NCBI GenBank assembly: GCA_002898235.1 | Contig: BEIL01000004.1 | Span: 499-64,498, forward strand | DNA length: 64,000 nt | Direction: 5' to 3' | From: a bacterium HR35 | GTDB lineage: Bacteria > Patescibacteriota > Minisyncoccia > UBA6257 > HR35 | Shown here: piece by piece, positions 18,473 through 28,880 of the stretch | Layout: each line of letters opens with the position of its first letter | Numbering within the stretch: the stretch's first letter is position 1 | Notes under the pieces: generated by a model | Told to the model about the DNA's origin: nothing | Databases searched by the model: none | The model's input: only the letters and a program-made list of their open reading frames with translations | Made by a program: the position numbers and the translations under genes

Positions 18473-19471
18473 CTAATCTTTCTTTAATATTTTTATTATA
18501 AAGCTGATAAGTGATACCAAAAGATAAAAAATTAATATCTCAACAAGAACTCCTGCAATGAAAGCTAAGATAAAAGACCAGGTGTTTTCTGGCGCACCGG
18601 GCGGATTAAGCATACTATCGACTATTGAGAAAACATAAATAAAAGGAATAAGAAGTATAAATGGAATCATGACATATAAAGGGTAGATCTCAGGAAGTTT
18701 GTTGAATACTAATAATAACAGGAAAAGTAGGAGATATAGTAATGCCGCTGCGACAATAATCAAAGCAGGAAATTTTAAGGCTTTAAATTCATATATTCCA
18801 AGAAAGGTTTTTATTTCTTCTTTATATCCTTTAAATTCTCCATACTTTTTTAGTTGTTTATTTACAAAAATAAGTCCAGCTATAAGTGAAGTTAAAATAA
18901 AGATACCTTTAAAGGGAGTGTAATCGTAATCCGCTTTTCCTATAATCACAAATTTTTTCTCGCCGGTTGGATTATTACAATTAGGCAAAAGTCCCAAATT
19001 TTTTACTTCTTGTCTATAAACAAACCACGGGTTTATAACGAAAAAATCACTACTTTTGAGACTTTGTCCTTTTGTTAAAATTTTGTTATTAACTTTTACA
19101 TCTTCTATACCTTCACCAAATGTTTCAATTCTTAAGACTCTACCTTCTAAAGAAACATCCAAAAAATTTAATTTTGATTCTTTATAAACACAAGGAGAAA
19201 AAAAGGTTACTATTTTAGCATCGGTTTTATTTGCAGCTTCTCGTAATTTTTCATATTCTTCATAACGACTATGGTAATATCCTGCTCTATATAAGAACAA
19301 TGGGTTAGGTCTAATTAAAAAGCAATTATTTGCTTCATCATAGTAAATATCTTTTTCTTTACAAATAATTGGTTCAGTCATCAAAAATCTCCAATGTAAC
19401 CAAACAAGAACCGTGGCTACAATAGAAAGTATTATAAAAACTTTTAAAAATTTATAAATTCTCAAAATCAT
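18473..19471 (-). CDS. Hypothetical membrane protein
   Basis: 332-aa ORF with an N-terminal TM and several C-terminal TMs; no family recognised. Confidence 0.6.
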   Translation of the reverse strand: MILRIYKFLKVFIILSIVATVLVWLHWRFLMTEPIICKEKDIYYDEANNCFLIRPNPLFLYRAGYYHSRYEEYEKLREAANKTDAKIVTFFSPCVYKESKLNFLDVSLEGRVLRIETFGEGIEDVKVNNKILTKGQSLKSSDFFVINPWFVYRQEVKNLGLLPNCNNPTGEKKFVIIGKADYDYTPFKGIFILTSLIAGLIFVNKQLKKYGEFKGYKEEIKTFLGIYEFKALKFPALIIVAAALLYLLLFLLLLVFNKLPEIYPLYVMIPFILLIPFIYVFSIVDSMLNPPGAPENTWSFILAFIAGVLVEILIFYLLVSLISFIIKILKKD

Positions 19472-19499
19472 TAAAGATATTGCAATTTAAAATTAGAGG

Positions 19500-19613
19500 T
19501 TATTCTTCTTCCTTACAAGTACAATCATCATAGGGTTCATTACAACCGCTGCAAACTCCATTTACTATTTCTTTTCCACACTTACAAGGTTGACAACCGC
19601 AAGTTTTACACAT
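19500..19613 (-). CDS. Metallothionein-like Cys-rich peptide (37 aa)
   Basis: Below the ORF-track cutoff: MCKTCGCQPCKCGKEIVNGVCSGCNEPYDDCTCKEEE*, 9 Cys in CxxC/CxC patterns. Confidence 0.7.
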   Translation of the reverse strand: MCKTCGCQPCKCGKEIVNGVCSGCNEPYDDCTCKEEE

Positions 19614-19656
19614 ATTTTGTAAAAAAAATTAATTCGACTAGTTATCTAATTTATTT

Positions 19657-20181
19657 TTACTCTAAAATTTTGTATTTTTGAACTAATTTTGTTTTTTTCC
19701 ACCAGTTGCCTAAACCTAAATAATCTCCTGAATTACTTAAACAAAGAACCGCCATTACAATAATATAGACAATATGCTCATCAATTAATGGATTATGTGC
19801 TGGAGGTAAAAAACCAGCTAGATACATTAAAGCAAGCATTAAACTACCAAAAAATGTTGAAAGTTTCATAAAAATTCCAAGCATTAATCCTAAACCAACA
19901 CCCAAAAGTCCTAACATAAAAAGCCAATCAACAATTGGATTTCCTGCCATTGATCTAAAAATTTCAGCCAATGGTCCTTTAACAGCAAACTTCAAAAAAC
20001 CAAATGTTGGTGAGCCACCATAAAGCCAAGCATCTTTACAAAAATAATTTACAACTTGGGTTTGAACATCACGACAAGTAGAAAATCCTAAACCAAAAAG
20101 TTTATCCAAAAAAGCCCAAAGAAATATCCAACCTAATGAAAGACGCAAAAGCCCTAAAGTGATTTGTAAATCTTTATTCAT
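19657..20181 (-). CDS. DoxX family (DoxD/TQO-like) membrane protein
   Basis: LRLSLGWIFLWAFLDKLFG and NPLIDEH motifs. Confidence 0.8.
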   Translation of the reverse strand: MNKDLQITLGLLRLSLGWIFLWAFLDKLFGLGFSTCRDVQTQVVNYFCKDAWLYGGSPTFGFLKFAVKGPLAEIFRSMAGNPIVDWLFMLGLLGVGLGLMLGIFMKLSTFFGSLMLALMYLAGFLPPAHNPLIDEHIVYIIVMAVLCLSNSGDYLGLGNWWKKTKLVQKYKILE

Positions 20182-20194
20182 TGGATTTTGATTT

Positions 20195-21595
20195 TTAATT
20201 TACGACCTTTTTAATTATTGGTCCTTGTTTAGTATCTTCAACTTTATAACCAGCTTTCAATACTTCTTCTCTAATTTTATCAGCTTCTTGCCACTTACCT
20301 TCTCTTCTTAATTTTTCTCTTAATAAAATTTTCTTTTTAATTTCAGCTGGTAATTTTTGTTTTTGAAGAAATTCTTTTAACTTTAAACCTAAAACTTTAT
20401 CAGCTTCCAAAACGAAAATTTTTTTATACCCCAAATCTTCATCTGACCTTAAAACTTCCCATAGCTTGGCAATTAACCGAGGCGTATCAAGATCATCGTT
20501 AATAATCTTTAAAATTTCTTTAGATACAGAACTGCGTTGAACTGATGCAGATTTATGTAGATTTACAGAAAGTTTAAAACTGGAGATTGTTTCTAAAAGT
20601 AAGTTGTATGCATTTTGAGCTGATTCCATTGCTTGCCAAGTAAAGTTCATTTCTGAGCGGTAATGAGCTGTTAAAACTAAATATCTATAAGCTAAGGAAT
20701 GAAATCCTCTTTTTTCAATATCTTCTAAAGTAATAATATTTCCTAAACTTTTTGACATTTTTTCTCCTTCAACTCTTAAAAAATTTACATGCAACCAATA
20801 ATTAACAAATTTTTTACCAGTTGCTGCTTCTGATTGAGCAATTTCATTAGTATGATGAACATCGATATGATCAATGCCACCAGTATGAATATCAATTGTT
20901 TTACCTAAATATTTCATTGACATTGCTGAACATTCAATATGCCAACCAGGAAAACCAATTCCCCAAGGGCTTGGCCATTCCATTTGTCTTTTAACATCCT
21001 TAGGTGAAAATTTCCATAAAGCAAAATCAGTTGGATTTCTTTTTTCAGGATTAAATTCAACCCGAGCACCAGCTAATAATTGCTTCTTCTTTAAACCAGA
21101 CAACTCGCCATAATTTTTAAATTTAGAAGTATCAAAATAAATACCATCAGAAATTTTATAAGTATAGCCTTTTTTCTCTAAAATCTTTATAAGCTCAATC
21201 ATTTCTTTTATATGCTCAGTTGCTCGAGGAAACTTAAAAGGAGTTTTGATATTTAATTTCTTAATATCTTCTTTAAAAAGCTTCTCAAAATAGCGGGCAA
21301 TTTCCCAAGCAGTTTTTCTTTTTTCCCGAGCACTTTTTTCAATTTTATCTTCGCCAGTATCAGCATCAGAAGTTAAATGTCCAACATCAGTAATATTTAT
21401 AATCTGTTTAACTTTATAACCATTATATTCAAGCGTCCTTCTCAAAGTATCAGCAAAAATATAAGCTCTTAAATTACCAATATGAGGTCGTTCATAAACA
21501 GTTGGCCCGCAATTATACATCGTCACAATCTTATCTTTCAAAGGTCTAAATTTCTCTTTTTTTCGAGTAAGAGTGTTAAATAAATAAAGATCCAT
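20195..21595 (-). CDS. cysS: Cysteine--tRNA ligase
   Basis: [20 protein letters not shown] and KMSKS motifs. Confidence 0.97.
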   Translation of the reverse strand: MDLYLFNTLTRKKEKFRPLKDKIVTMYNCGPTVYERPHIGNLRAYIFADTLRRTLEYNGYKVKQIINITDVGHLTSDADTGEDKIEKSAREKRKTAWEIARYFEKLFKEDIKKLNIKTPFKFPRATEHIKEMIELIKILEKKGYTYKISDGIYFDTSKFKNYGELSGLKKKQLLAGARVEFNPEKRNPTDFALWKFSPKDVKRQMEWPSPWGIGFPGWHIECSAMSMKYLGKTIDIHTGGIDHIDVHHTNEIAQSEAATGKKFVNYWLHVNFLRVEGEKMSKSLGNIITLEDIEKRGFHSLAYRYLVLTAHYRSEMNFTWQAMESAQNAYNLLLETISSFKLSVNLHKSASVQRSSVSKEILKIINDDLDTPRLIAKLWEVLRSDEDLGYKKIFVLEADKVLGLKLKEFLQKQKLPAEIKKKILLREKLRREGKWQEADKIREEVLKAGYKVEDTKQGPIIKKVVN

Positions 21596-21622
21596 TTTAT
21601 ATTCTATTTTTATTTTCTTAAA

Positions 21623-22030
21623 TTAAAAATTAAAAAATTCTCCGAGGCTAAAAGGCCAAGGTTGAGGGATAAAAAGTAAAGCTAAAACTCCTGCCCAAAT
21701 AGCCATATTTTTCATAAAATTAATTGTCTCCATCATTTTCATTTGTGGATCTTGAACACTCCAAAAATTATGCATCATAAAACTAACAGGTAAAAAGAAT
21801 AAAGTTAAAGCCAAAACGCCGATCTGGATATAGGTACCAAGTAAAATTGAAAGACCACCAATTAAAAGTAAAATACCAGTCACAAGCACAGCCAATTTAG
21901 GAGCGGGTACATTTTTGCTTTGAGCATATTGCGACAACATATTTAAATTTTTAAAGTGATTAAAAGCATTATATAAAAAATAAAGACCTAAAATTAATCT
22001 TGAAAGTAAAAGTATATAATCTGAAGCCAT
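21623..22030 (-). CDS. DoxX family membrane protein
   Basis: RLILG, MMHNFW and FMKNMA motifs; ATG at 22030. Confidence 0.85.
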   Translation of the reverse strand: MASDYILLLSRLILGLYFLYNAFNHFKNLNMLSQYAQSKNVPAPKLAVLVTGILLLIGGLSILLGTYIQIGVLALTLFFLPVSFMMHNFWSVQDPQMKMMETINFMKNMAIWAGVLALLFIPQPWPFSLGEFFNF

Positions 22031-22060
22031 TTTTTTCAAAAAATTTTAATCCGACCTTGA

Positions 22061-23170
22061 TTAAATTTTACTATAAATTTCTAATAATCTATTATATTTT
22101 GCCGCTCTTTCGCCTTGTAAAGGAACGCCTATTTTAAAATAATTAGCATTAAAAGCAATTCCTAAATCAATTATCCAATTGTCATTTGTCTCTCCACTTC
22201 GATGGGAAAAAATTGTAAATAAATTATTTTCTTTAGCTAATTTAACAAAATTAAATGTTTCGGTTATTGTTCCAATTTGATTAGGTTTAACAATTACACC
22301 ATCAACAGAACTTTTTTCTAAAGCAATTTTTAATCTTTCAATATTAGTTGCTGTTAAATCATCACCAATTACTTTAAATCCTTCTTTTCGAAGTTCAGCA
22401 AATTTTTCAAACTCATCTTCTTTATAAGGATCTTCTAAATATTTAACACCCAAAAGTTTTAATTTTTGATAAACATTTTTCCAATTAACAATTTTCGTTA
22501 TTTGATTAGCAGCAATATCAGCTCCAAGCTCAAAATCTTTAAGTTCTTTTAAATACAAAAATGGTTCATAATTGTCGCTAAAGTTTGTGCAAAATGCTCC
22601 TTCATCATTTCTTCCTAATGGTTTCGGCAATTTCTTCTCAATTTGATTAATAATATTTATAATTTGAACAATTAAGTTTTCTGAAAATTCATTTTTGCTC
22701 ACCAACCAATATTCCTGAAAATCTAAATTATTAAAAGAATGAACACCGCCACCAATAATATTAATAACTAATTTAGGAAATAAAATTTCTCTTTTTAGAT
22801 TGAATTCTCTAAGTAAATATTCATAAAGTTCCAGATTATTCATTTTAGCTAAAATACGAGCAAAACTAACTGAAACTCCTAAAGTAAAATTTCCACCTAA
22901 TTTTTCTTTATTCTTCCCTGCTCTCTCAATTAAAAATTCATCCAGTTCTTGCAAGCTTTGAAAATCTTTATTTTTAATATCTTTCAAAAAATTGTCTAAA
23001 TTCTTTTCAATTTTTTCACAATCTAAACAAATAACTTCGTGAGAGCCAATACTTTTTCCAGATGGAATTGATGCTTTTTCTTTTATTCCTTCACTTTCAA
23101 CCTCCACTTCAATTGTCCACTCCCCTCTTGAATCCAAAATTTTATTTACTTTTATATTATCTATTTTCAT
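22061..23170 (-). CDS. eno: Enolase (compact)
   Basis: ILDSRG, PSGKSIG, GDDL, KPNQIGT, SHRSGET and KYNRLLEI motifs; ATG at 23170. Confidence 0.93.
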   Translation of the reverse strand: MKIDNIKVNKILDSRGEWTIEVEVESEGIKEKASIPSGKSIGSHEVICLDCEKIEKNLDNFLKDIKNKDFQSLQELDEFLIERAGKNKEKLGGNFTLGVSVSFARILAKMNNLELYEYLLREFNLKREILFPKLVINIIGGGVHSFNNLDFQEYWLVSKNEFSENLIVQIINIINQIEKKLPKPLGRNDEGAFCTNFSDNYEPFLYLKELKDFELGADIAANQITKIVNWKNVYQKLKLLGVKYLEDPYKEDEFEKFAELRKEGFKVIGDDLTATNIERLKIALEKSSVDGVIVKPNQIGTITETFNFVKLAKENNLFTIFSHRSGETNDNWIIDLGIAFNANYFKIGVPLQGERAAKYNRLLEIYSKI

Positions 23171-26100
23171 CTTCAAATTTTTTAACCATCTCAATTGTTT
23201 TAATCACTACATCACTATTAACACTTATACTTTCAATTCCTTCTTTAACTAAAAATTCGACAATTTCTGGAAAATCACTAGGAGCTTGACCACAAATTCC
23301 CACATATTTTCCTTTTTCTTTACATTTTTTAATTACTTCAGCGATTAATTTTTTAACTGATTCATTTCTTTCATCTGCTAAACCTTGTAAAATTTCATTA
23401 TCTCGATCAATTCCTAAAGTAAGCTGAGTTAAATCATTTGAACCAATTGACATGCCGTCAAAAATTTCTAAAAATTCATCTGCTTGTAAAATATTTGAAG
23501 GAATTTCACACATAACATAAACTTTATAACCCTTTTCTTTTCTTGGACCTAAAACATTTTCGATTATCTCCATAACCCTTCTTCCCTCTTCAGGTGTTCG
23601 GCAAAATGGCACCATCATCGTTAAATTTGTAATCCCCATTTCTTCTCTAACCTTTTTCATTGCTAAAACTTCAAGTTCAAAAGCTTGTTTAAATTTAGGA
23701 TGATAATACCTACTTGCTCCTCGCCAACCAATCATTGGATTTTCTTCATTTGGTTCATAAAGTTCTCCGCCAATTAAGTTTCGGTATTCATTTGTTTTAA
23801 AATCAGAAAATCTAACAATTACTTCATAAGGCCAGTAAGCAACACAAATTTTAGCAATCCCTTCAGCCAATTTATCAATAAAATATTGTTTTTTATCTTC
23901 GTATCCTTGGGTAAATTCATCAATCTTTTGCTTAATTTCTTCTGATAAACTAGAGTAATTTATCAATGCATTAGGATGAATTTTAATTTCTTCAGCAATA
24001 ATAAATTCTTCTCTTGCAAGTCCAACGCCTTTTACCGGCAAATACCACTTCTCCCATGCTTCATCTGGAAGTCCAATATTAACATAAATTTTTGTTTTTG
24101 TTTCTGGTAATTTTTCTAAATTATGTTCAATCACTTCATAATCTAAAATACCTTTATAAACATAACCAGTAATTCCCGTTGAACAATCAATTGTAACTTT
24201 ATCCCCTGTTTTTAAAATCTCTGTTGCTTTTTGAGTGCCAACAATTGCTGGTATACCAAGCTCACGAGATACTATTGCCGCATGACAATTAGCAACCAAA
24301 ACAGGTGTATATTTGCTTGAAAAGACTATATAATTGTGGTCCATATCATGAATTGCTTCTATTGAGATATTATACACCTCTGATTTTTTATAATTTAAAG
24401 AAGCGTTTTCATCATCTGAAAATTTTACATTTTTCATATTTATACCCGACTCTAATAGTAATCGTAATTCATATTCTATATCTTTGTAGATTTTTGAGAT
24501 TATAGGTAATATAAAATTTTTAATTTTATAATCAGAGATTTTATTATTTCTTTCAAAATAATCATATTTAATTTGTCCCCGTTTATTGACTAAATCAAGT
24601 ATATCCCCAATAATTTGTTTAGCTATAAATCTTTGCTGTATGTTTATTTTCTTCGATATTTGGTATGTTTCATTTTGACAAGTGTTATTACTTAATCTAT
24701 GTGTATACTTAACAATTTCATCACCATATTTTTTATCAATAGAAATAACATAATAACTCCCTCTTTTATGTTTATGAAGATTAAATACAAATCCTAATCG
24801 CAAAAGGGTTATAATCAAACTTTCTAATAAAATATTATTGTTGATTCCTACCGTTATCTGGATCTGATGGGAACTAATATTTCCATCGCCATCCATTACT
24901 CCAGCAAGAAAATATTTCAAATTTTCAATATCTGCGCCTAATAAAATCGTGGGTAGTTGAGATTTTAAAAGAGATAATTCGTTAAAAACATCTTTAGAAT
25001 AAATGCATAAACTTATTACTGAATTTCTTTTATCAATTATTTGATGTAATGATTTTTTAAAAATTCTTTCAAAATTAGTTTTATAAAAATTGATGTAATT
25101 AATTTTATCTTGATTTATTTTTTGAAAAAATGATATTATATAGCCTCCTTGTTTGTTTTTTTGAATACTGCCATCAGACAATATAGAACCAAGAAGATAC
25201 ATTTTTTCATTTGATAATTCATATCTCTCAACCAGACCGTCAAAATTATCTAAACATCTTGGAATTTTAATAAAACTTAACACACCCTCCTTGCTTTCTA
25301 TAATACTTTCTATGGCTCTTTTAACTAACTTTCTATTAAAAAGTGTAAAAAATCTATGGTCTGGAGTTGATATTAAATAATTGTTTTTATTACCAATAAT
25401 AATCTTTTTTACAGCTGAGATTCTTTTGAAGCCTTCTGTAATTTTTCTCCATACCAATTTATAAGTTCTCATATCGAAAGATAATGAATATAGATTTTCA
25501 CCTCTGTTAACTTTTTCTACAACATCTTTAATTTTCATAAAGCCTTTATTAGTCAAAATTTTTGTATCTCCTTCAAAACAAGTTCTTCCTCCTTTGTCAG
25601 TAATTACACCTTTTGCTTTTTTTAGGGCAACAACCCAATCTGGATCGGTCATTTCGGTAACTAAAATTTCTCCTTCTTGAAATTCATTTATTTTAGAAAC
25701 ATCTTTAATGACTCTTACCCTACCACTTGTGATTTTTGAACCTATGGCAATACCCTTTAAAACCACTGATTGATGCGGATCAAAATCAGATTGACGCGGA
25801 TTAAGACGATATTCTTCATAAACATTATATTTTTTAGTCGAATGAACAGTTTCAGCTCTGGCTTGGACAATATAAAGTTTACCATCAATTCCATCTTTTG
25901 CCCATTCGATATCCATTGCTCTTTGATAATGTCTTTCAATTATTATTCCCATCTTAGCTAATTCTAAAACCTCTTCATCATTCAAAGAATAATTATCTCT
26001 TTCTTCTTGAGATGTTTCAACTTCTTTTACACCTCCTTTTTCAGCATAAACAATTTTTCTTACTTTTTCACCTAACATTTTTGAAATAATACTCCTAAAT

Positions 26101-26846
26101 CCTTTTTCTAATCCTTCTTTAAAAACAATCCATTCATCAGGAATCACTTTTCCTTGAACAATTAATTCTCCTAATCCCCAAACTCCATTAATAACAATAA
26201 CTTTATTTAATCCAGAGTCAGTATCAATTGTAAACATTACTCCAGAACTGGCCAAATCAGATCTTACCATTTTTTGAACACCAGCCGAAAGCTTAACCTC
26301 AAAATGATCAAAGCCTTTTTCTTGACGATAAAAAATAGCTCGATCAGTAAATAAAGAAGCAAAACAATATTTTATTTTTTCTAAAAGGTCTTTTTCAGTT
26401 ACATTAAGATAAGTTTCCTGCTGCCCAGCAAATGACGCCTGTGGAAGATCTTCAGCTGAAGCACTACTTCTTACAGCAACTTGTAAATTTTCTCCATATT
26501 CTTTTTTCAATTTTTCAAAAGCATCTAAAATTTCTTTTTTTAAATCTTCAGGAAATTCACCTTGTTTTATAAAATTTCTAATTGTTTCTCCTGCTTTTTG
26601 TAATTTTTCAACATTATAAACATCTAAATTTTGCAAAATTTCCTTAATTTTTTCTTCTAAGTTATTGCTTTTAATAAAGTAATCATAAGCTTTTGTTGTT
26701 ACTGCAAAACCATTAGGAACCCTAACTCCTAAATCAGTTAATTTCTGATACATTTCACCCAAATTAGCATTTTTCCCACCAACCAAACCAACATCTTCTT
26801 TGGTTATTTCATTAAACCATAAAATATGTTTTTCTTCCTTCATCAT
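23157..26846 (-). CDS. ppsA: Phosphoenolpyruvate synthase containing an intein
   Basis: GGKNANLGEM, SFAGQQET, GGRT/CHAAIVSRE and SIGSNDLTQL motifs. Confidence 0.96.
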   Translation of the reverse strand: MMKEEKHILWFNEITKEDVGLVGGKNANLGEMYQKLTDLGVRVPNGFAVTTKAYDYFIKSNNLEEKIKEILQNLDVYNVEKLQKAGETIRNFIKQGEFPEDLKKEILDAFEKLKKEYGENLQVAVRSSASAEDLPQASFAGQQETYLNVTEKDLLEKIKYCFASLFTDRAIFYRQEKGFDHFEVKLSAGVQKMVRSDLASSGVMFTIDTDSGLNKVIVINGVWGLGELIVQGKVIPDEWIVFKEGLEKGFRSIISKMLGEKVRKIVYAEKGGVKEVETSQEERDNYSLNDEEVLELAKMGIIIERHYQRAMDIEWAKDGIDGKLYIVQARAETVHSTKKYNVYEEYRLNPRQSDFDPHQSVVLKGIAIGSKITSGRVRVIKDVSKINEFQEGEILVTEMTDPDWVVALKKAKGVITDKGGRTCFEGDTKILTNKGFMKIKDVVEKVNRGENLYSLSFDMRTYKLVWRKITEGFKRISAVKKIIIGNKNNYLISTPDHRFFTLFNRKLVKRAIESIIESKEGVLSFIKIPRCLDNFDGLVERYELSNEKMYLLGSILSDGSIQKNKQGGYIISFFQKINQDKINYINFYKTNFERIFKKSLHQIIDKRNSVISLCIYSKDVFNELSLLKSQLPTILLGADIENLKYFLAGVMDGDGNISSHQIQITVGINNNILLESLIITLLRLGFVFNLHKHKRGSYYVISIDKKYGDEIVKYTHRLSNNTCQNETYQISKKINIQQRFIAKQIIGDILDLVNKRGQIKYDYFERNNKISDYKIKNFILPIISKIYKDIEYELRLLLESGINMKNVKFSDDENASLNYKKSEVYNISIEAIHDMDHNYIVFSSKYTPVLVANCHAAIVSRELGIPAIVGTQKATEILKTGDKVTIDCSTGITGYVYKGILDYEVIEHNLEKLPETKTKIYVNIGLPDEAWEKWYLPVKGVGLAREEFIIAEEIKIHPNALINYSSLSEEIKQKIDEFTQGYEDKKQYFIDKLAEGIAKICVAYWPYEVIVRFSDFKTNEYRNLIGGELYEPNEENPMIGWRGASRYYHPKFKQAFELEVLAMKKVREEMGITNLTMMVPFCRTPEEGRRVMEIIENVLGPRKEKGYKVYVMCEIPSNILQADEFLEIFDGMSIGSNDLTQLTLGIDRDNEILQGLADERNESVKKLIAEVIKKCKEKGKYVGICGQAPSDFPEIVEFLVKEGIESISVNSDVVIKTIEMVKKFEDENR
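24288..25580 (-). mobile_element. Intein with LAGLIDADG homing endonuclease (431 aa)
   Basis: Starts CFEGDTKILT, ends VLVAN before extein Cys; LLGSILSDGS and FLAGVMDGDG motifs; splits GGRT|CHAA. Confidence 0.93.
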
Positions 26847-26866
26847 TTATATTATAATATAAAGTA

Positions 26867-27346
26867 ATGAAAAGATTACTAATTTTCCTTTTACCATCAC
26901 TTGCTTTAGCTGTTTGCCCTGTTTGTATTGCTGGTGTTGGTATTGGATTAGGACTTTCTCGTTATTTAGGAATTGATGATTTAATAACTGGTTTATGGTT
27001 GGGTGCTTTGGTACTTTCTTTATTTTTCTGGACAATTGATTGGTTAGATAAAAGAAACATTCGCTTTCATTATAGAGAAATTTTAATTTTGTTAGCCTAC
27101 TATCTTTTTTTGCTTTTACCTCTCTACTCCACTAATATTCTTTCTCAAAAATTAGAATTTTTAATTAAAGATAAATTATTTAGAGGAATAATTTTAGGAA
27201 GTCTGATTTTTTATTTATCGATCTTATTTGATAAATTTTTAAGAACAAAAAACAATAACAAAGTTTTCTTTCCTTTTCAAAGAGTAATCATTCCTTTAAG
27301 TTTTTTGATTTTCAGTAGTTTGGTCGTTTATTTAGTTATTAAATAA
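26867..27346 (+). CDS. Membrane protein with CPVC motif
   Basis: Signal-like N-terminus then AVCPVC; 4-5 TMs; C-terminal FPFQ as in the 7388-7993 paralog. Confidence 0.75.
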   Translation: MKRLLIFLLPSLALAVCPVCIAGVGIGLGLSRYLGIDDLITGLWLGALVLSLFFWTIDWLDKRNIRFHYREILILLAYYLFLLLPLYSTNILSQKLEFLIKDKLFRGIILGSLIFYLSILFDKFLRTKNNNKVFFPFQRVIIPLSFLIFSSLVVYLVIK

Positions 27347-27347
27347 A

Positions 27348-27872
27348 ATGGACAATTTAGATCTCAAAGTAAAAGAATTTATTGCAAAAGTTAAAAATAC
27401 CAAAGAAGAATTTGATCTTTCAGCTGATGAAGATTTATCTGTTGCCTTAATGAATTTAATTTCAATTGAAGAGCATTTCTTTTTTACTGGAGCTAAAACA
27501 GAAAAAACAGAATATTTTGATTTAATTAATGAAGTCAGAAAAATTAGAAAAGAACTTTTAAAAAGAATTGTTAAAGATTATGAAGGTGAAGTTTGGTGTC
27601 TGTCTAAACATTTATTAGCCTCATCTATGAGATTGATTGAGGTCGGCACTAAAGAATTAGATAAAGGGAATAAAGAACTTGCTTATGATTTATTTGATAA
27701 AGCCTATGCTCTTTATTCACTCTTCTGGGCTTTAAATTTAAAAATAATTGATATTGGCGAGGTTAAAAAAATTAATGAAGATAAATTAAATAAAGAAGAC
27801 AAAGAGACTGGCTCTGTCTTCAAAAAATTAGGTGAAATTGTTAAAAAACTTATTGATTGCTGTAAAGAATAA
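27348..27872 (+). CDS. Hypothetical helical protein
   Basis: 174 aa; IEEH, WCLSKHLL and terminal DCCKE. Confidence 0.7.
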   Translation: MDNLDLKVKEFIAKVKNTKEEFDLSADEDLSVALMNLISIEEHFFFTGAKTEKTEYFDLINEVRKIRKELLKRIVKDYEGEVWCLSKHLLASSMRLIEVGTKELDKGNKELAYDLFDKAYALYSLFWALNLKIIDIGEVKKINEDKLNKEDKETGSVFKKLGEIVKKLIDCCKE

Positions 27873-28877
27873 TTATTTTACTAAATTTATTGGCTTTCCA
27901 TTAATAAATCCTTTGATATTTTCAATTGTTGTTTTTAAAATCCTTTCAATTGATTCTTTTGAATTAAAAGCATTATGAGGAGTGATTAAAACATTTGGCA
28001 TTTTCATTAAAATATGATTTTGCCATAAAGTTTTGATATCAGTAAGTTCAATATCTTTTTTAGTTAAAAGTTCTAATTCTTCTTTAATTTCTGTTTCTTC
28101 TTCTAAAACATCTAAAGCAGCACCTTTTAAAATTCCTTCTTTTAAAGCATAAACTAAAGCTTCTGTTTCAATAATTCCACCGCGAGCAGTATTAATTAAA
28201 TAAGCACCCGGCTTTATTAACTTTATATTTTCCTTATTAATTAAATGATAAGTTGAAGGATTTAGATTTACATGAATTGTTATCACGTCTGAATTTTTCA
28301 AAAGTTCTTCTAAACTCACATATTTAACTCCATACTCTTTAGCAAAATTTTCATCTGGATAAGCATCATAAGCTAAAATTTCCATTCCAAAAGCTTTTGC
28401 TAATTTAATTACTTGTTTGCCAATTTTTCCAGTTCCAATTACTCCTAAAATTTTTCCATCAAGTTCTTCGCCTCTTAAATTTTTTAAATCAAAACTTTCA
28501 GTTTCTTTTATTTGATCAATAGCATAATAAATTTTTCTCATTAAACTAAGCATAAGACCAATTGTCCATTCAGCCACAGTTTTTGTTCCATATTCAGGCA
28601 CATTACTAATTAAAATTCCTTTTTGCTTGCAGTATTCAATATCAATATGATCATAACCAGTTGAGCGAGTGGCAATAAATTTTAAATTAGGCAAAGAATC
28701 AATAATTTCTTTATTAATCTGAGAACAAATAAAAATACTCAAAACTTCTAAATCTTTAAAATTATCTATATTTTCTTTTGTCAACCAATCAGAAGTAAAA
28801 ATTAAATTATGTCCCTCAAGTTCTCTTTCTAAAATTTCTTTTTCCCAACCTTCTGCTTCAAAAAATCCAATATTCAT
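27873..28877 (-). CDS. D-2-hydroxyacid (D-lactate-like) dehydrogenase
   Basis: RSTGYDHID, GTGKIG, INTARG and TPHNAF motifs. Confidence 0.92.
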   Translation of the reverse strand: MNIGFFEAEGWEKEILERELEGHNLIFTSDWLTKENIDNFKDLEVLSIFICSQINKEIIDSLPNLKFIATRSTGYDHIDIEYCKQKGILISNVPEYGTKTVAEWTIGLMLSLMRKIYYAIDQIKETESFDLKNLRGEELDGKILGVIGTGKIGKQVIKLAKAFGMEILAYDAYPDENFAKEYGVKYVSLEELLKNSDVITIHVNLNPSTYHLINKENIKLIKPGAYLINTARGGIIETEALVYALKEGILKGAALDVLEEETEIKEELELLTKKDIELTDIKTLWQNHILMKMPNVLITPHNAFNSKESIERILKTTIENIKGFINGKPINLVK

Positions 28878-28880
28878 TAA

